This document shows positions 61,659 through 64,000 of a DNA stretch of 64,000 nucleotides, one piece after another; position 1 is the stretch's first letter; every line of letters starts with the position of its first letter. This stretch comes from Alcanivorax sp. (lineage in GTDB: Bacteria; Pseudomonadota; Gammaproteobacteria; Pseudomonadales; Alcanivoracaceae), in the NCBI RefSeq assembly GCF_040119285.1, contig NZ_JBEDTY010000039.1, forward strand, positions 18,970 to 82,969. The letters are read 5' to 3'. Below the pieces are notes generated by a model. That model was not told the origin of the DNA. It was given only the letters and a program-made list of their open reading frames with translations, and made no database searches. Position numbers and translations under genes: made by a program.

Positions 61659-62381
61659 ATGAATACGCGAGCGGGAAAAAAAACCGAACGTCTGGCTGAA
61701 CGAATTTATCTGCAATTAAAGCAGGACATGTTTGATTTTCGGCTAATGCCCGGCGACCGCTTCAGTGAAAACGAAGTGGCCGAACGGATGGGTGTATCAC
61801 GCACCCCCGTGCGAGAAGCCCTGTTCCGATTACAACGGGAAACCTTTGTAGATGTGCTCTATCGCAGCGGTTGGCAGGTCAAGCCCTTCGACTTCAAATA
61901 TTTCGAAGAATTATACGACGTGCGCACCGTTCTCGAATGCGCCGCTGTACGCAAGCTATGCGAACACGGCGGTGAACTAAGCAAACTGGATAATCTGGTT
62001 AGCCAATGGTGTGTAGAAAAGCCACAAAGATTATCCGATGGCCCTGTGGTCAGCGGCATGGATGAACATTTTCACGAACGACTGGTGGAAAGCGCCGGCA
62101 ACAATCAAATGGCACGCATTCATCATGATCTCACCGAGCGGCTACGCATTATACGGCGCCTGGATTTCACCAGCCCCTCCCGAGTGGAGGCCACTTATAA
62201 CGAACACCAGGCAGTGCTGGAAGCCATCCTGCACCGCCAGGTGGAGCAAGCACAGCTTCTGCTGTGTGCCCACATTGAAGAATCCCGTAACGAAGTCAGA
62301 AAAATCACCGTACACATGCTGCACGAGGCCAGCGTACGCGCTGAGTTACCCGCAAGCTCGATCAACAAGAGTGATGGTTAA
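61659..62381 (+). CDS. GntR family transcriptional regulator (FadR/FCD subfamily)
   Basis: 240 aa with a winged HTH (SENEVAERMGVSRTPVREAL) and an all-helical FCD-like C-domain. Confidence 0.85.
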   Translation: MNTRAGKKTERLAERIYLQLKQDMFDFRLMPGDRFSENEVAERMGVSRTPVREALFRLQRETFVDVLYRSGWQVKPFDFKYFEELYDVRTVLECAAVRKLCEHGGELSKLDNLVSQWCVEKPQRLSDGPVVSGMDEHFHERLVESAGNNQMARIHHDLTERLRIIRRLDFTSPSRVEATYNEHQAVLEAILHRQVEQAQLLLCAHIEESRNEVRKITVHMLHEASVRAELPASSINKSDG

Positions 62382-62489
62382 CGTATTAGAGGGAAACAGC
62401 AGGCCAGTGAGCCTACCGACGTATCAGGGGAGAGTTCACGGCAAGACAAACGCCCATTTAAACGCGACTGAGAAGCAAGGAGAAATACC

Positions 62490-63788
62490 ATGAATTTTTC
62501 ACAATCCATGAAGAAAATAGCTGCCGGGGTTATCGCCTCCAGCGCCATTGCCTATAGCGGTGTCGTTATGGCCGCCGACACCATCAAGGTCGGGGTGCTG
62601 CACTCTCTGTCCGGCACGATGGCTATCAGTGAATCCACACTGAAAGACACCGTTCTGATGATGATCGAAGAACAGAATAAAAAAGGCGGAGTCATGGGCA
62701 AAAAGCTTGAGCCCGTTGTGGTTGACCCCGCCTCGAACTGGCCGCTGTTTGCAGAAAAAACCCGTGAGCTGATCACCCAAGAAAACGTGGACGTTATTTT
62801 TGGCTGCTGGACATCGGTATCGCGCAAGTCCGTATTGCCCGTGGTGGAAGAGCTGAACGGGTTGTTGTTCTACCCGGTCCAGTATGAAGGTGAAGAATCG
62901 TCCAAGAATGTTTTCTATACCGGTGCAGCACCGAACCAGCAGGCGATTCCTGCAGTGGATTATCTGATCAACGATCTGGAGGTTGAGCGCTTCGTTCTTG
63001 CCGGGACCGATTACGTGTACCCGCGCACCACTAACAAGATCCTGGAAGCCTACCTGAAGTCCAAAGGCGTGGCAGAAAGGGACATCATGATCAACTACAC
63101 CCCGTTCGGACATTCCGACTGGCAGAGCATCGTCAGCGAAATTAAAGCCTTCGGTAGCCAAGGCAAAAAAACCGCTGTGGTCTCCACCGTCAACGGCGAT
63201 GCCAATGTGCCATTCTACAAAGAGCTGGGCAACCAGGGCGTGAGCGCCGAAGACATCCCCGTGGTGGCCTTCTCCGTAGGTGAAGAAGAACTATCGGGCA
63301 TCGACACCGGCCCGCTGGTTGGCCATCTGGCTGCCTGGAACTATTTCCAGAGCGTCTACAACGATACCAACAACGCTTTCATAGACCAGTGGCATGCCTA
63401 TACCGGCGACGACAAGCGCGTGACCAATGACCCTATGGAAGCAACCTACATCGGCTTCAATATGTGGGTGAACGCGGTTGAAAAAGCGCAATCCACCGAC
63501 ACCGATAAAGTGGCTGACGCCATGATCGGCATCAAGACCCCCAACCTGACCGGTGGCACAGCGGTGATGAACAAGAACCACCACCTGTCCAAGCCCGTAT
63601 TGATCGGTGAAATTCAGGAGGACGGTCAGTTCGCCGTAGTCTGGGAAACCGAAGGGCTGGTGCAAGGTGATGCCTGGTCTGATTTCCTGCCGGGTTCCAA
63701 AGACCTGATCTCCGACTGGACCGCACCGACTCGTTGCGGCAACTACAACACCAAGACCAACACGTGTGGCGGCGCTTCTGCCGAATAA
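62490..63788 (+). CDS. urtA: urea ABC transporter substrate-binding protein
   Basis: 432 aa with a signal peptide ending ...GVVMA. The mature start DTIKVGVLHSLSGTMAISE and overall type I PBP pattern are typical of UrtA. SD AAGGAG. Confidence 0.88.
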   Translation: MNFSQSMKKIAAGVIASSAIAYSGVVMAADTIKVGVLHSLSGTMAISESTLKDTVLMMIEEQNKKGGVMGKKLEPVVVDPASNWPLFAEKTRELITQENVDVIFGCWTSVSRKSVLPVVEELNGLLFYPVQYEGEESSKNVFYTGAAPNQQAIPAVDYLINDLEVERFVLAGTDYVYPRTTNKILEAYLKSKGVAERDIMINYTPFGHSDWQSIVSEIKAFGSQGKKTAVVSTVNGDANVPFYKELGNQGVSAEDIPVVAFSVGEEELSGIDTGPLVGHLAAWNYFQSVYNDTNNAFIDQWHAYTGDDKRVTNDPMEATYIGFNMWVNAVEKAQSTDTDKVADAMIGIKTPNLTGGTAVMNKNHHLSKPVLIGEIQEDGQFAVVWETEGLVQGDAWSDFLPGSKDLISDWTAPTRCGNYNTKTNTCGGASAE

Positions 63789-63959
63789 GGCTGCACGCAA
63801 CAGCACTCTGGGCAACGCCTGGGGTGCTCGTCGCTTAGACCAACATTACGCATAACAAATGAACGCCAGCACCAGAACATGTGGCCATCGCTTTTCATGG
63901 CTGGGCCTTCCAACGTCCTGATCTGGCTTTCATTTTTGACGCCCTGTAAGGAGCCCGTC

Positions 63960-64000
63960 ATGGGTCACAAATTTGGCCGAATACTGATAGCACTGCTAAT
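63960..64000 (+). CDS. start of the next ORF, probably urea ABC transporter permease (truncated by the window edge)
   Basis: ATG 63960 is preceded by AAGGAG. Only 13 codons are visible (MGHKFGRILIALL). Identity is inferred from its position after urtA. Confidence 0.35.
   Translation, partial: MGHKFGRILIALL

Overview
This is a moderately GC-rich gammaproteobacterial chromosomal segment, densely packed with about 52 protein genes. By eye there are no rRNA or tRNA genes, CRISPR arrays, IS or transposase genes, integrases or prophage genes. Most of it reads as core genome. From memory, the gene order matches two conserved Pseudomonas-type blocks: hemB-ppk-ppx-trxA-rho-ubiD, and parC-parE-yqiA-cpdA-yqiB-nudF-thiC-tolC-waaA followed by an FAD oxidoreductase and an aldo/keto reductase. 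The organism is not a Pseudomonas, because it carries the EF-P Lys34 beta-lysylation set (efp-epmA, with epmB divergent). Other content: a TetR-linked lipid and fatty-acid catabolic cluster (thiolase, FadE-type acyl-CoA dehydrogenase, three alpha/beta hydrolases); three monocistronic TonB-dependent receptors, each with a Fur-box-like site; and a nitrogen-scavenging block (allophanate hydrolase behind a textbook sigma-54 promoter, a GntR regulator, urtA, and the start of urtB). I found no convincing novel multi-gene system such as a defence island, toxin system or mobile element. The best leads are small-scale. They are: an adjacent pair of signal-bearing cofactor enzymes (Tat-signal FAD oxidase plus an alanine-racemase-fold PLP enzyme); a 69-codon ORF whose start overlaps the allophanate hydrolase stop; a thiC leader with no THI-box recognisable by eye; a 156-bp REP-type palindromic doublet between tolC and waaA; unexplained ORF-free spacers; and several candidate operator sites (Pho box, Fur boxes, perfect palindromes). 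All family assignments rest on motifs read from the supplied translations, not on database searches.
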